Positions 1 to 9,213 of a DNA stretch of 29,755 nt are shown here, in pieces. A program made the position numbers and the translations under genes. The DNA is from a virus (lineage: Duplodnaviria; Caudoviricetes): IMG/VR virus record IMGVR_UViG_3300030376_003411, positions 1-29,755 of that record; one strand, written 5' to 3'. The notes below the pieces were generated by a model that was not told the DNA's origin, ran no database searches, and saw nothing but the letters and a program-made list of their open reading frames with translations. Every line of letters begins with the position of its first letter. Position 1 is the first letter of the stretch.

Positions 1-2
1 AG

Positions 3-536
3 AAGATTCCACTTATCGGAGCATTACTTGACTTTGCTCTAAATGTTTTTGTATTTAAAGAACCCATAGGAAAGGCAGCATTTAAAGCAATTGGTGCTGG
101 TTTAGGATTATGGTTGGGTGGTCTTATTGGAACATTAATACCAATTCCTTTTGTTGGAACTGCTCTTGGTGGTTGGCTTGGAGGTACTGCTGGTGATATG
201 TTAGGTGGTGCCATATATGATATGATTTTTGGTAAAAAACCTAAGGGTAAAGGAGGTGAGAAGGATGCAGAGATTGACGGTGTTGTTAGTGAATATACTA
301 ATGTTGCTGATCAAGCATCTCAAATGGATTTTAGTGGAAGTGTCAAATCTACAGATTTAACACCTCCTGACGAAGGTGACATGACCACGGTTATGGATCC
401 AGTGACACTTGGTGATAGAGCTGATGCTTCAGGTGGTGGTAATGTGAGTGGAGATTCTAGTGTTATGGTTGATTCTGAAGATTTTTCTAATACTTATACT
501 TCATTTACAAAAGAGACGGTGGGGATAACTGATTAA
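3..536 (+). CDS. 5'-truncated baseplate hub / tape-measure-like virion protein with glycine-zipper hydrophobic segment
   Basis: The frame is open from base 3 (KIPLIGALLDFALNVFVFKEPIGKAAFKAIGAGLGLWLGGLIG...), so the TTG at 114 is internal. A GxxxG-rich hydrophobic stretch is followed by an acidic low-complexity tail. Stop overlaps the next start (TAATG, 534-538). Function inferred from position upstream of hub/gp5. Confidence 0.6.
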   Translation, partial: KIPLIGALLDFALNVFVFKEPIGKAAFKAIGAGLGLWLGGLIGTLIPIPFVGTALGGWLGGTAGDMLGGAIYDMIFGKKPKGKGGEKDAEIDGVVSEYTNVADQASQMDFSGSVKSTDLTPPDEGDMTTVMDPVTLGDRADASGGGNVSGDSSVMVDSEDFSNTYTSFTKETVGITD

Positions 537-1486
537 TGGATATATCACAAACTAAACAACTAAAGATTAGTGTTACAAATATCAAGAGTGTTTTGATTGA
601 ACGAAGTAAAACTGTAGAAAAATTAAAACTTAGAAAGGCAGTCTTACAGCGTCGTCAAGTATTACAGGCAGAAAGAGCAGCTGCTGAGAAGAGTGTCGAA
701 TCTAAAGGTAAGACAGGGCCCATGAGATCTGTACTTGGAAATTTAAAGGGTATGGTGATGCCTATTGGAAGTAGAATAATGAATTTTTTTGGATCTCTTG
801 TGATGGGGTGGATCGTGACTAAATTGCCAACAATCATAAAAACTTTAAAGAGTGCTTGGGATATTGCAAAACCAATTTTATCGTTTACTTGGGAAGCAAT
901 TAAAAAAGCCTTTGGACTTATTTTTTGGTTTTTAAAACCACTACTTAAAGTCTTTGGTATTAATAAGGATGATAAAGTTAAAAAGAAGGTTGGTGGTAAA
1001 GAGCAAGAATTTACTGAAGCAAAGGTAGAGGGTGATGAAATGGTTATAAATCAAACAGAAGAAGAGACTGTTGATTTAGAAGAACCTGATAGTGATACTG
1101 CAGAAATTTCTAGTCCAGAAACTGATGCTCCAGATCTTGAACCTAAAGATGCATCAGATACAGGTGGATCTAATAGTTCTGCTGCATCGTCTTCACCTCT
1201 TTCGGGAGTGACTGCTAAAGGTCTAGTAAATGGTGATACAGGTGGTGGTAGTGAAAAGAAGAAAAGGAAACTCCCTCTACAATCTGCTAGTACTGCAATA
1301 AGTAAAATTAAAAAGGTTTCTGCAAACTTAAAGGGTAATGGTAACAAGAAAAATGTCAAAACTGTCATTATTCCTGTAGAAGTTTCTAAGTCTACAAATA
1401 GTAGTACAGGATCTTCTGTTCAGGTATTAGAAACTCCTCCTCCAGTAATGTCTGGAAATAATTCAGAAAATCAGAGGTTACCATAA
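536..1486 (+). CDS. Putative hub/tape-measure-associated virion protein (316 aa)
   Basis: Basic coiled-coil-like N-terminus, amphipathic/hydrophobic core (IMNFFGSLVMGWIVTKLP...AFGLIFWFLKPLL), and an acidic/Ser-rich disordered C-half. TAATG-coupled at both ends. Function inferred from synteny. Confidence 0.55.
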   Translation: MDISQTKQLKISVTNIKSVLIERSKTVEKLKLRKAVLQRRQVLQAERAAAEKSVESKGKTGPMRSVLGNLKGMVMPIGSRIMNFFGSLVMGWIVTKLPTIIKTLKSAWDIAKPILSFTWEAIKKAFGLIFWFLKPLLKVFGINKDDKVKKKVGGKEQEFTEAKVEGDEMVINQTEEETVDLEEPDSDTAEISSPETDAPDLEPKDASDTGGSNSSAASSSPLSGVTAKGLVNGDTGGGSEKKKRKLPLQSASTAISKIKKVSANLKGNGNKKNVKTVIIPVEVSKSTNSSTGSSVQVLETPPPVMSGNNSENQRLP

Positions 1487-2820
1487 TGTCAGTACAAGGA
1501 TCAATATATGAGGTCTTTAAGATAAGATCTGCAGATGGTAAAAATGAAGTAGATATTTACTCGGCACAATTTAGAGTCGGAAACATTTATTATTATGAAA
1601 ATATATTATCACCCTTTGTAACTGGTGTGGTTACTATTATATCAACATCAGGTGCTGCTGAATCACAAGAAGATACTCAAGGTAGATTGGGTTCTTTACA
1701 TACTGCACTTCCTCTTGAGGCTGGTTGTGAAGTTTTTCTTAAAATTAAGGATGATATAGGAAAGGGTTTAGATTTTTCATCTAAAAGAAATACTTATAAG
1801 AGATTATATGTCAATGAAGTTCAGGTAATAGATAAGAAATCTAATTCTGAAATAATTCAATTAAGATTGATATCAAAAATTGGATGGAGGAATAATACTG
1901 AAAGGATTACTAAACATTTCAGGGGAAAGATTTCAGGATCTATTAAAAAAATTCTAAGATCAAATTTGGGACTTCCTCGGAATAGAATTAAGGTTGATGA
2001 CTCTAGTAATTCTTATTCCTTTATGGGAATGACTAAAAGACCATTTGATTTGATTGCTATGTTGGCAAAACAAACCATACCTAAAAATACGGCAAATCCT
2101 GGTTATTTTGCATTTGAGACTAAGAGTGGTTTTAATTATGTTTCTGCAGATAGTATTATTAATGCAGAACCATATAAGGAAACATATTTTTATAATGGTA
2201 AGGTTCAGGCATCTCAACAAACAAAAGATAATAAGAATAATTATAAAATAAATTCATTAAGTGTGAAGAAAGATCAAAATCTCACAAAACAGATTAGATC
2301 TGGTGTATATGCGAATAAGACTATCTTTTTTAATCCAGCATCTTATCAATTCACTGAAATAGATATTACTGTATCAGATGATAAACTATTTAAAAATCCT
2401 AAGTTTTCTACTTTAGGAAAACAACCAAATGTTCCAAGTATATTGACTGATAATTTTAAGGTTGGTAAGAAATTCCATAGAGTCCAGACTGCAATATTAA
2501 ATATTGGTGGTGAGAAAGAGAATATTAATCCAAATAATAGTCCTGAATTTTATTATGCTGCAGGAACTACCAGATATAATTTATTATTCTCTCAATCCCA
2601 TTCCATAACAATTCCATGTAATACTGATTTGGAAGCAGGAACTGTTATACGTCTTGAGATTGAGGATATAACTGAGAAGAAGATTCAAGGCCCTGATCAA
2701 AAGGCAAGTGGTAACTATATAATTCAATCTCTTTGTCATTATTTTGAGGCAGAGAAATCTGTTACTTCATTGACGTTAATTCGTGATTCTTATGGTTTAC
2801 ATTTTTCTAAGAATACCTAA
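1486..2820 (+). CDS. Baseplate hub protein, T4 gp27 / VgrG-N-like (444 aa)
   Basis: Motifs typical of hub proteins: YYENILSPFVTG, GYFAFETKSGFNYVSADSI, IPCNTDLEAGTVIRL, SGNYIIQSLCHYF, TSLTLIRDSYG. Lies directly upstream of the gp5 OB-fold gene and is TAATG-coupled to it. Confidence 0.75.
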   Translation: MSVQGSIYEVFKIRSADGKNEVDIYSAQFRVGNIYYYENILSPFVTGVVTIISTSGAAESQEDTQGRLGSLHTALPLEAGCEVFLKIKDDIGKGLDFSSKRNTYKRLYVNEVQVIDKKSNSEIIQLRLISKIGWRNNTERITKHFRGKISGSIKKILRSNLGLPRNRIKVDDSSNSYSFMGMTKRPFDLIAMLAKQTIPKNTANPGYFAFETKSGFNYVSADSIINAEPYKETYFYNGKVQASQQTKDNKNNYKINSLSVKKDQNLTKQIRSGVYANKTIFFNPASYQFTEIDITVSDDKLFKNPKFSTLGKQPNVPSILTDNFKVGKKFHRVQTAILNIGGEKENINPNNSPEFYYAAGTTRYNLLFSQSHSITIPCNTDLEAGTVIRLEIEDITEKKIQGPDQKASGNYIIQSLCHYFEAEKSVTSLTLIRDSYGLHFSKNT

Positions 2821-3500
2821 TGGCTAATACTGATCTAGACTTTTATGGATTAAATACTCATCGTTGGATTGGTATAGTCTTACCATATAAGTCTCAAAAA
2901 AATCAAATTGACGGTGATGCTGGATTTGGCTATAGATATAGAGTTGCTATCATGGGATATCATCCTTTAGATAGTTCGATAAAGGATAAGGAAATTGTTT
3001 TTGCCCTAGTTGTTTTGGGTGTTACTGATGGAACTGGTGCTGGAAATCGGCTAAGAACGCCAAGAATTTCTCAGGGTGATGTTGTTATGGGAATATTTTT
3101 GGATGGTGATAATAGACAAAATCCAGTGATTACTGGTGTATTGGGTAGAACTGAAGGTGTTAAATACGGAAAAGGTAGATTTGATCCAAAAACTGGATTT
3201 GTTGGGACAACAGAACCTTCTGAATTATTGGGTAGGCAAGAAAGTTCTGAAGCTCATGGTCCCTGTACTCCTAAAGCTACTTCATCTTCAAAAACTAAAA
3301 ATAAACCTAATATTGGGGGTTTATTAAAGAGTGGATTACCTGAATTGCCATCCGTAGGTGCCATTCCCACACCAACAGGAAATATATCATCTTTGGCAAG
3401 TGATCAACTTGGTGATTTTGCAAAAACTGCTGCGACGAGTGCTGCTACTGCATATGCAGGGCCTATTGGTGGTGCAGTTGCGTCATCATTTTTTGGATAA
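2820..3500 (+). CDS. gp5: Baseplate central spike gp5, N-terminal OB-fold part only (226 aa)
   Basis: gp5/VgrG OB-fold signature: WIGIV...GYRYRVAIMGYHP...GDVVMGIFLDGDNRQNPVITGVLG. No lysozyme domain or beta-helix repeats follow. Confidence 0.8.
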   Translation: MANTDLDFYGLNTHRWIGIVLPYKSQKNQIDGDAGFGYRYRVAIMGYHPLDSSIKDKEIVFALVVLGVTDGTGAGNRLRTPRISQGDVVMGIFLDGDNRQNPVITGVLGRTEGVKYGKGRFDPKTGFVGTTEPSELLGRQESSEAHGPCTPKATSSSKTKNKPNIGGLLKSGLPELPSVGAIPTPTGNISSLASDQLGDFAKTAATSAATAYAGPIGGAVASSFFG

Positions 3501-3515
3501 GAGTTTAATTGCCAT

Positions 3516-3523
3516 AATAAATA
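3516..3523 (+). promoter_or_regulatory. T4-type late promoter (AATAAATA)
   Basis: NATAAATA box in the 45-bp gap between genes, 22 nt upstream of the ATG at 3546. The T4 gp55 late consensus is TATAAATA. Confidence 0.65.
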
Positions 3524-3545
3524 ATATATAAGAAAATATAATTAT

Positions 3546-5273
3546 ATGAGTACTCCAGCCCCACAAATACTAGATTCTCTTACAAAAAACGCTGTTAGTG
3601 AATTAATAAAGGCAGATCCACGTAGTGAAAAATTGCAGGATGTTATATCTCAATATAAAGATAAATATGCTGATGATTTTAAAAATATAAATCCTATTCC
3701 TCTTGATGAACTTTCTCCAGCAGAGCAAGAAAAAAGAAATAAATTTATAAGATCAGCAAAAGATTGTACTAAAATAGCATCAGATTCTGCTACGACTGGA
3801 AAAATAATCATTCCACCTAATCCATGTAGAGATACTAGTTTTGATAAGATGGAAGCTCAGATGACTAATTTCTTTAATAAGATTCAAGGGCCTGGATCTA
3901 CGGGATTGGACATGACAAGTGAAATTAGAGATTCTGCACAGATAATGAGTCGTTCTATGAATACTTTTGTTAATAAAGTAACTGGATCATTAAATGATAA
4001 GTTATCAAAATCTATTGGTGATGGAATGGCTGCATTTAAGTCAATGGAATTTTCTAAAGTAAATCCCTCATATCCAATGCCAGCAGCACTTAAAGTTGTC
4101 ATTGCCAATCAACTTAGTCTTGCTCCTAAGGTGATGGGAATACTTGATAAAGTTTTTTGTGTTGGATCCAAAATTCAGGATGCAATGGTTGATAGTATGA
4201 CAGATTTACTGACAGCAGCAGTTAAGAATACAACTAATGTTCCTGCATGTGCTGTACAGGAAATGATTGGTGCTATTAATAATACTATTATGAATGATAT
4301 GGATGATGCTATAACACCTTTACTTGGGCCTCTTACGAATGTTTTAGGGCCTGTAGGATTTGAGTTTGATATCAAAGGTGTATTAGGTGGTGGTATTGAT
4401 ATTTTAAAAAAAGCAGATGCTTTTAGTTCTTGTGAGGATAGACCAAGTTGTCCTTCTAGTAGTAAGTATATAATTGGTAAAGGATCTAGAAAAGGTGCCA
4501 ATGCTGCAAGTACTGCATCAAATTTTGCTAAGATGGCAAGTTCATCTTCACTTGTTAATAAGGCAACAAATGCTGCTAATGCATTTGAGAAAAAGTATGG
4601 TTCATGGAATCTCTTTGGAAGTCCTTTAGCAGAATCTGTTAGTGCAAATCCTTGTTATACTGGCAATCCTACTAATTGTGGTGGTCCTACAATAGAAATT
4701 TTTGGTGGAGGTGGATCTGGTGGTGCAGGTCAAGCTATTCTTGGGAATTTTATTGATAAATTAGATACAGAAGATATATTTGCTGCAGTAAAAAGAACTG
4801 CTAGTATTGCAGGTGTAGAAATCACAGATCGTGGTAGTGGATATACTAGTGATCCAATGATGGTATTTGATGATGAATGTAATCAAGGTTATGGTGCATA
4901 TGGTAAAGCACATGTGGATAAGAATCCAAAATCTCCTACTTATGGTCAAATTATAACTATTACTATAATCTCTCCAGGTACAAATTATCCTGCACAGGAT
5001 GAAGAAGTTCCTTTGTTTATTGAAAAGATTGTTATTGTGAATCCTGGAACTGGATATAAAGATACTGATACTTTAGATGATTTTGAAATTTGTGGTGTAG
5101 ATTCTAATGGTGGTATTACATGTATTGATCAAATAAATCAAATTGCATATAGTTCTTTACCTGAACTAAATATTAATAGTGAAACGGGAGTAGGTGCTAT
5201 TTTGAGACCTGTAATGTCTAAGACCAGACCACAAGGTGAAGTTATTCAAGTTATTGATTGTATAGGTAGGTAA
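3546..5273 (+). CDS. Baseplate/spike-associated structural protein, probable gp5 middle region (575 aa)
   Basis: Helical N-half with scattered Cys; CGGPTIEIFGGGGSGGAG; three I-x-x-x-G-x-G/N-Y repeats (ITDRGSGY, IISPGTNY, IVNPGTGY); ends VIQVIDCIGR. Lies between the gp5 OB-fold gene and a spike-like gene. Confidence 0.6.
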   Translation: MSTPAPQILDSLTKNAVSELIKADPRSEKLQDVISQYKDKYADDFKNINPIPLDELSPAEQEKRNKFIRSAKDCTKIASDSATTGKIIIPPNPCRDTSFDKMEAQMTNFFNKIQGPGSTGLDMTSEIRDSAQIMSRSMNTFVNKVTGSLNDKLSKSIGDGMAAFKSMEFSKVNPSYPMPAALKVVIANQLSLAPKVMGILDKVFCVGSKIQDAMVDSMTDLLTAAVKNTTNVPACAVQEMIGAINNTIMNDMDDAITPLLGPLTNVLGPVGFEFDIKGVLGGGIDILKKADAFSSCEDRPSCPSSSKYIIGKGSRKGANAASTASNFAKMASSSSLVNKATNAANAFEKKYGSWNLFGSPLAESVSANPCYTGNPTNCGGPTIEIFGGGGSGGAGQAILGNFIDKLDTEDIFAAVKRTASIAGVEITDRGSGYTSDPMMVFDDECNQGYGAYGKAHVDKNPKSPTYGQIITITIISPGTNYPAQDEEVPLFIEKIVIVNPGTGYKDTDTLDDFEICGVDSNGGITCIDQINQIAYSSLPELNINSETGVGAILRPVMSKTRPQGEVIQVIDCIGR

Positions 5274-5274
5274 T

Positions 5275-5832
5275 ATGTCAGGACCACAAGATTCAAGAAT
5301 ATTAGATATATTTGGACCTAAGTTTTATCTTGAGACAGGAAATCTTCAAGATAGTGATTTTGGCCCAGAAGCTTTTGCTATAAAGGGTATTAATAAGCAA
5401 GGTGCTAATTTTACTTTAGCTCATCATGAAACAAATTATACCAGATTTGATACTGCTGGAGATTTATTGATTCAGGGTGGTCAATTGGGAAGTAATGATA
5501 CGCCTGGTGTCAAGATGATTTCACATACTGGAAATCTTGAACTTGATTCTACACAAGCTAGTATTACTTTGGGAGCATCTGATACTATTACATTAGAAGC
5601 AGATAAAATAGTTCTTAAAGCTAGTTCTATCCAAATTGGTGATAGAGCAAAACATGGAACTAAATCAATTACTCTAAGTGCGACTAAGATACAAGTTGAT
5701 GGTTCTGATGGAAATTTACCAATACATTTAAAATTAAGTTGGGGTGCTGTAATTAGTTCTATTGCTGGTAATCTTGTAGATATGGATTCAAAAAAAGCCC
5801 TTAGTGGTGGTGCTACTGGAGGATTGGTGTAA
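5275..5832 (+). CDS. Putative gp5 C-terminal-like spike (beta-helix) protein (185 aa)
   Basis: Short alternating beta-strand repeats (NLELDSTQASITLGASDTITLEADKIVLKASSIQIG) like the gp5/VgrG spike, plus synteny. Confidence 0.55.
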   Translation: MSGPQDSRILDIFGPKFYLETGNLQDSDFGPEAFAIKGINKQGANFTLAHHETNYTRFDTAGDLLIQGGQLGSNDTPGVKMISHTGNLELDSTQASITLGASDTITLEADKIVLKASSIQIGDRAKHGTKSITLSATKIQVDGSDGNLPIHLKLSWGAVISSIAGNLVDMDSKKALSGGATGGLV

Positions 5833-8800
5833 TGACTCAGAATGCTGATTTTAATCAAATAGGTAATTCAGTATTTGAGAATGTTTATATCTATGGTGAT
5901 TTATTCTACGAATTTGATACTCATACTTTTGAGAATATTACTATAAACAATGATTTATCTGTAGGTGGAACATCATTTTTTAATGGTGAAGCTACATTTG
6001 CAGATGATGTTAATATCTATGGTAATTTATCTGTAGATTTTTTAACGGTACCAAAAAGATTTCGGATTGGACTTGGTGGAACTGCATTAAATGCAGATTT
6101 GGAAAAGTATGGTGGTAATATTGGAATAGCAAATACAATTCCTTATGAAAGACTTCACATTAATACTTCTGACTCTTCTTTCTTAGTTAGTGCTGGTGGT
6201 ACTGTTGGAATTGGAACAACAGATATATTTGGAGCTTGGACTGTTGATAATGCTGAATTTAATGAAACCAATCAAGGGCCATTAAAACTTGAGGTTGATG
6301 GTAGTGCTCATATTGCTAGAAATATTTACGACTCTGCTGGTTCTCCTGGTCTTGAAGGTTATTGGTTAAAGAGGGATGGTACTGGTATTAGATGGCAAGC
6401 AACACCCCCTAGTCTTACTCAGGATGGTATTAAACTTTTAGACGAAAAAAATTATATTCCACTTGCTGGTCTTGCTCAGACCTTTACTGAATTAAATTTC
6501 ATGCAAAGGAACAGCTTGGGTAAAGGAGTTGATACTCTTGTTCCTACTCCTCAAAGTGATATATCACCTGGAACTGGTTTAGCAACAATATTTACCAGTG
6601 ATTTGTGGGGAGTTGAGGGTGATTTTGTAGGACTGAATACTGGTATCTACAGAATGACCCATGTTGGTATTGGTACCACTTTACCTGCAACACAATTCCA
6701 AGTTGGTATAGGTGGTAGTGCTACTTTTTCAGTTACTGGATTAGGTTCGGTTGGTATTGGAACCACAGATCCTTTATTGGGATTGGATGTACATAAAGAT
6801 TCTTATTTTAGACAGCATGTATCGGTAGCAGGAACATCATATTTTGTTAATACCACCAATGCAATTGATAGTACTGATGGAGCAATACGAATTAGTGGTG
6901 GTGTTGGAATTGCGAAGAGTGTATTTATTGCTGGTGAAACTAGAATAGAGAAAGATACTCAATCAGGTGGAGCGTCAGAGGGTGCACTTGTAATTACTGG
7001 TGGTACTGGTATTGGTAAAAATTTATATGTCGGTGGATTAGCTAGAGTTTTAGATGATGAAAGTTCTAGTAGTGCTAATACTGGTGCTCTGGTAGTCACT
7101 GGGGGTACTGGTATTGGTGAGAATTTATATGTCGGTGCATTAGCTAGAGTTTTAAGTAGTCAAACTTCTTCTACTACTTCATCAGGTGCTCTGGTAGTCA
7201 CTGGTGGTGTCGGTATTGGAGAGAAATTAAATATTGAGGGTATTACCAAGGTACATAGTAGTCAAACTTCTACAGGTAGTGCTAATGGTGCTCTTATAGT
7301 CACTGGTGGTGTCGGTATTGGGGAGAAATTAAATGTTGCTGACATCACAAAAATAGAGAAAGATACTGATAGTAGTGCTTCAGATAGTGGTGCTCTTGTA
7401 GTCACTGGTGGTGTTGGTATTGGTAAAGATTTAACTGTAGGATCAGATTTAGTTGTAGATGAGACCTCTACATTTAAAGGAGATATTGAATTAGATGCTC
7501 AATTAATAGATTTAAATGGTGATACTGGTGTAAGTGCTGCTAAAACTGACTATAGATTAGCATCTGTTGGTACTGGTGTATCATGGAGACCTGCTGGTGT
7601 TGAGACAGAAAATGCTATTTGGGTTTCGGTAGATGGACTAGATTCTAATACTGGATTACTTGAGGGAGATGCAAAGAGAACAATAGGTGCTGCAGCTGCA
7701 ATCGCACAGACAGGAGATACTATTATTGTTCGTTCAGGTGTTTATAAAGAAAATAATCCAATTGGTCTAAGGACAGAAGTTTCTGTCTCTGGTGAAGATT
7801 TAAGGTTGGTTACAGTTGTTCCTCTGAATCCTAGTAAAGATGTATTCCATGTGAGAGCAGGATGTTTAATACAAAATATGAACTTTGCTGGAGAAGCAAG
7901 TTGGACTAATCATCCTAATTGTGGAGCTGTTGCATTCCCTCCTACACCAGCTGGTATTGCTGCTGGTTATGATTATCTTGCATTGACTGGATATGCTCAT
8001 ACTGGACCAGCAAACCAAGGACCAGATAGATTGGATCCAACTAAGGGTGGAAGATATAGAAGTCCATATGTTAGAAATTGTACTAACTTTATGACTGGTA
8101 GTGTTGGTATGAAGATTAATGGTGATTATGTTAATGCTGCATTTACTGGTACTAATGATTTGGGTCAAGATTTAAAATCTATGGTCTGTGATTCATTTAC
8201 TCAATATAACGAAACTGGTATAGGTGTTTCTCTTACAAATAATGCATATGCTCAGTTAGTTTCTATCTTTACCATTGGTTGTGATATTGCAATTTATGCT
8301 AATACAGGTGGACAATGTGATTTAACAAACTCTAACTCATCATTTGGTAATGTTGGGTTAAAGGCAGATGGTTATGGGGATGTTGAATTTACTGGTACAA
8401 CATTTACATCAACCATAGCAGGTTCTGATGATTTTGTTGTTAATAATGTTGTAGATGTTCAGGATAATCCTAGAAAACCTTTTGATGGTCAGGGTTCATA
8501 TTTCTTTATTAATATGGATGATTATAATGATACAACTGCTACTGGAATAGTTACTGGACCACTTCAGTTGGTTAGAGGTTTTACAATTACTGATGGAGGT
8601 GCTGGATATAATGAAGGAGCTCCACCAGTTGTTACTGTTGATGCACCTTTAGGTCCAGAAGCAATTCTTCCTGAATTTTCTGCTAATGTAAGTTCAGCAG
8701 GAACCATCACTTCTATTGATGTCATTGCCAGTGGTAGAAATTATTTACCTGATCAGAATCTTACGGTTAGTTTTTCTGGTGGTGGTGGAGCAACTGCTAA

Positions 8801-9212
8801 TATTAATATGGATCCTATATTATATACAGTTGATAGTGCGACAGAACCAACTACTGCTGGATTAACTACAGTTACTTTTAATGAATTCGTTCCATATTCT
8901 GTGGGTGCTGGAGTCAGTATGGAATTTGTTAGATTGAGTCGTATCATCACCAGTTCACATTCTTTCGAATATGTCGGTGCAGGTACAGACATAAATAGAG
9001 CAAACCCCTTCCAGGGAGGGGAGCCTATTCCTGAGAATGAAATTATTGCGATTAATGGAGGTCAAATTCCATTCACAAGTACAGATCAAAAAGGTAATTT
9101 TAGAATCGGTGATGGTCTAACCATTGACCAAACTACATCAACTATTAGAGGAAGAGACTTTAATAGAGCAATACAGGCACAATTAACACCATTAATACTT
9201 TCATTGAGATAA
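5832..9212 (+). CDS. Tail fibre/appendage protein with 34-aa repeats and C-terminal pectin-lyase-like beta-helix (1126 aa)
   Basis: VGIGTT motifs; six GALVVTGGVGIG repeats; IWVSVDGLDSNTG...KRTIGAA...GDTIIVRSGVYKE, typical of a parallel beta-helix entry; C-terminal SHSFEYVGAG and TSTDQKGNFRIG motifs shared with the 1855-aa protein. Confidence 0.75.
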   Translation: MTQNADFNQIGNSVFENVYIYGDLFYEFDTHTFENITINNDLSVGGTSFFNGEATFADDVNIYGNLSVDFLTVPKRFRIGLGGTALNADLEKYGGNIGIANTIPYERLHINTSDSSFLVSAGGTVGIGTTDIFGAWTVDNAEFNETNQGPLKLEVDGSAHIARNIYDSAGSPGLEGYWLKRDGTGIRWQATPPSLTQDGIKLLDEKNYIPLAGLAQTFTELNFMQRNSLGKGVDTLVPTPQSDISPGTGLATIFTSDLWGVEGDFVGLNTGIYRMTHVGIGTTLPATQFQVGIGGSATFSVTGLGSVGIGTTDPLLGLDVHKDSYFRQHVSVAGTSYFVNTTNAIDSTDGAIRISGGVGIAKSVFIAGETRIEKDTQSGGASEGALVITGGTGIGKNLYVGGLARVLDDESSSSANTGALVVTGGTGIGENLYVGALARVLSSQTSSTTSSGALVVTGGVGIGEKLNIEGITKVHSSQTSTGSANGALIVTGGVGIGEKLNVADITKIEKDTDSSASDSGALVVTGGVGIGKDLTVGSDLVVDETSTFKGDIELDAQLIDLNGDTGVSAAKTDYRLASVGTGVSWRPAGVETENAIWVSVDGLDSNTGLLEGDAKRTIGAAAAIAQTGDTIIVRSGVYKENNPIGLRTEVSVSGEDLRLVTVVPLNPSKDVFHVRAGCLIQNMNFAGEASWTNHPNCGAVAFPPTPAGIAAGYDYLALTGYAHTGPANQGPDRLDPTKGGRYRSPYVRNCTNFMTGSVGMKINGDYVNAAFTGTNDLGQDLKSMVCDSFTQYNETGIGVSLTNNAYAQLVSIFTIGCDIAIYANTGGQCDLTNSNSSFGNVGLKADGYGDVEFTGTTFTSTIAGSDDFVVNNVVDVQDNPRKPFDGQGSYFFINMDDYNDTTATGIVTGPLQLVRGFTITDGGAGYNEGAPPVVTVDAPLGPEAILPEFSANVSSAGTITSIDVIASGRNYLPDQNLTVSFSGGGGATANINMDPILYTVDSATEPTTAGLTTVTFNEFVPYSVGAGVSMEFVRLSRIITSSHSFEYVGAGTDINRANPFQGGEPIPENEIIAINGGQIPFTSTDQKGNFRIGDGLTIDQTTSTIRGRDFNRAIQAQLTPLILSLR
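6879..7440 (+). repeat. Six in-frame tandem repeats, 102-nt (34-aa) period
   Basis: The GAL(V/I)xxGGxGIG unit starts at 6879, 6981, 7083, 7185, 7287 and 7389. Confidence 0.9.
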
Positions 9213-9213
9213 T

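Noticed and set aside
3498-3546. Stop-codon readthrough fusing the in-frame 226-aa and 575-aa ORFs
   Set aside because: Two in-frame TAA stops (3498-3500 and 3522-3524) and a late promoter lie in the gap.
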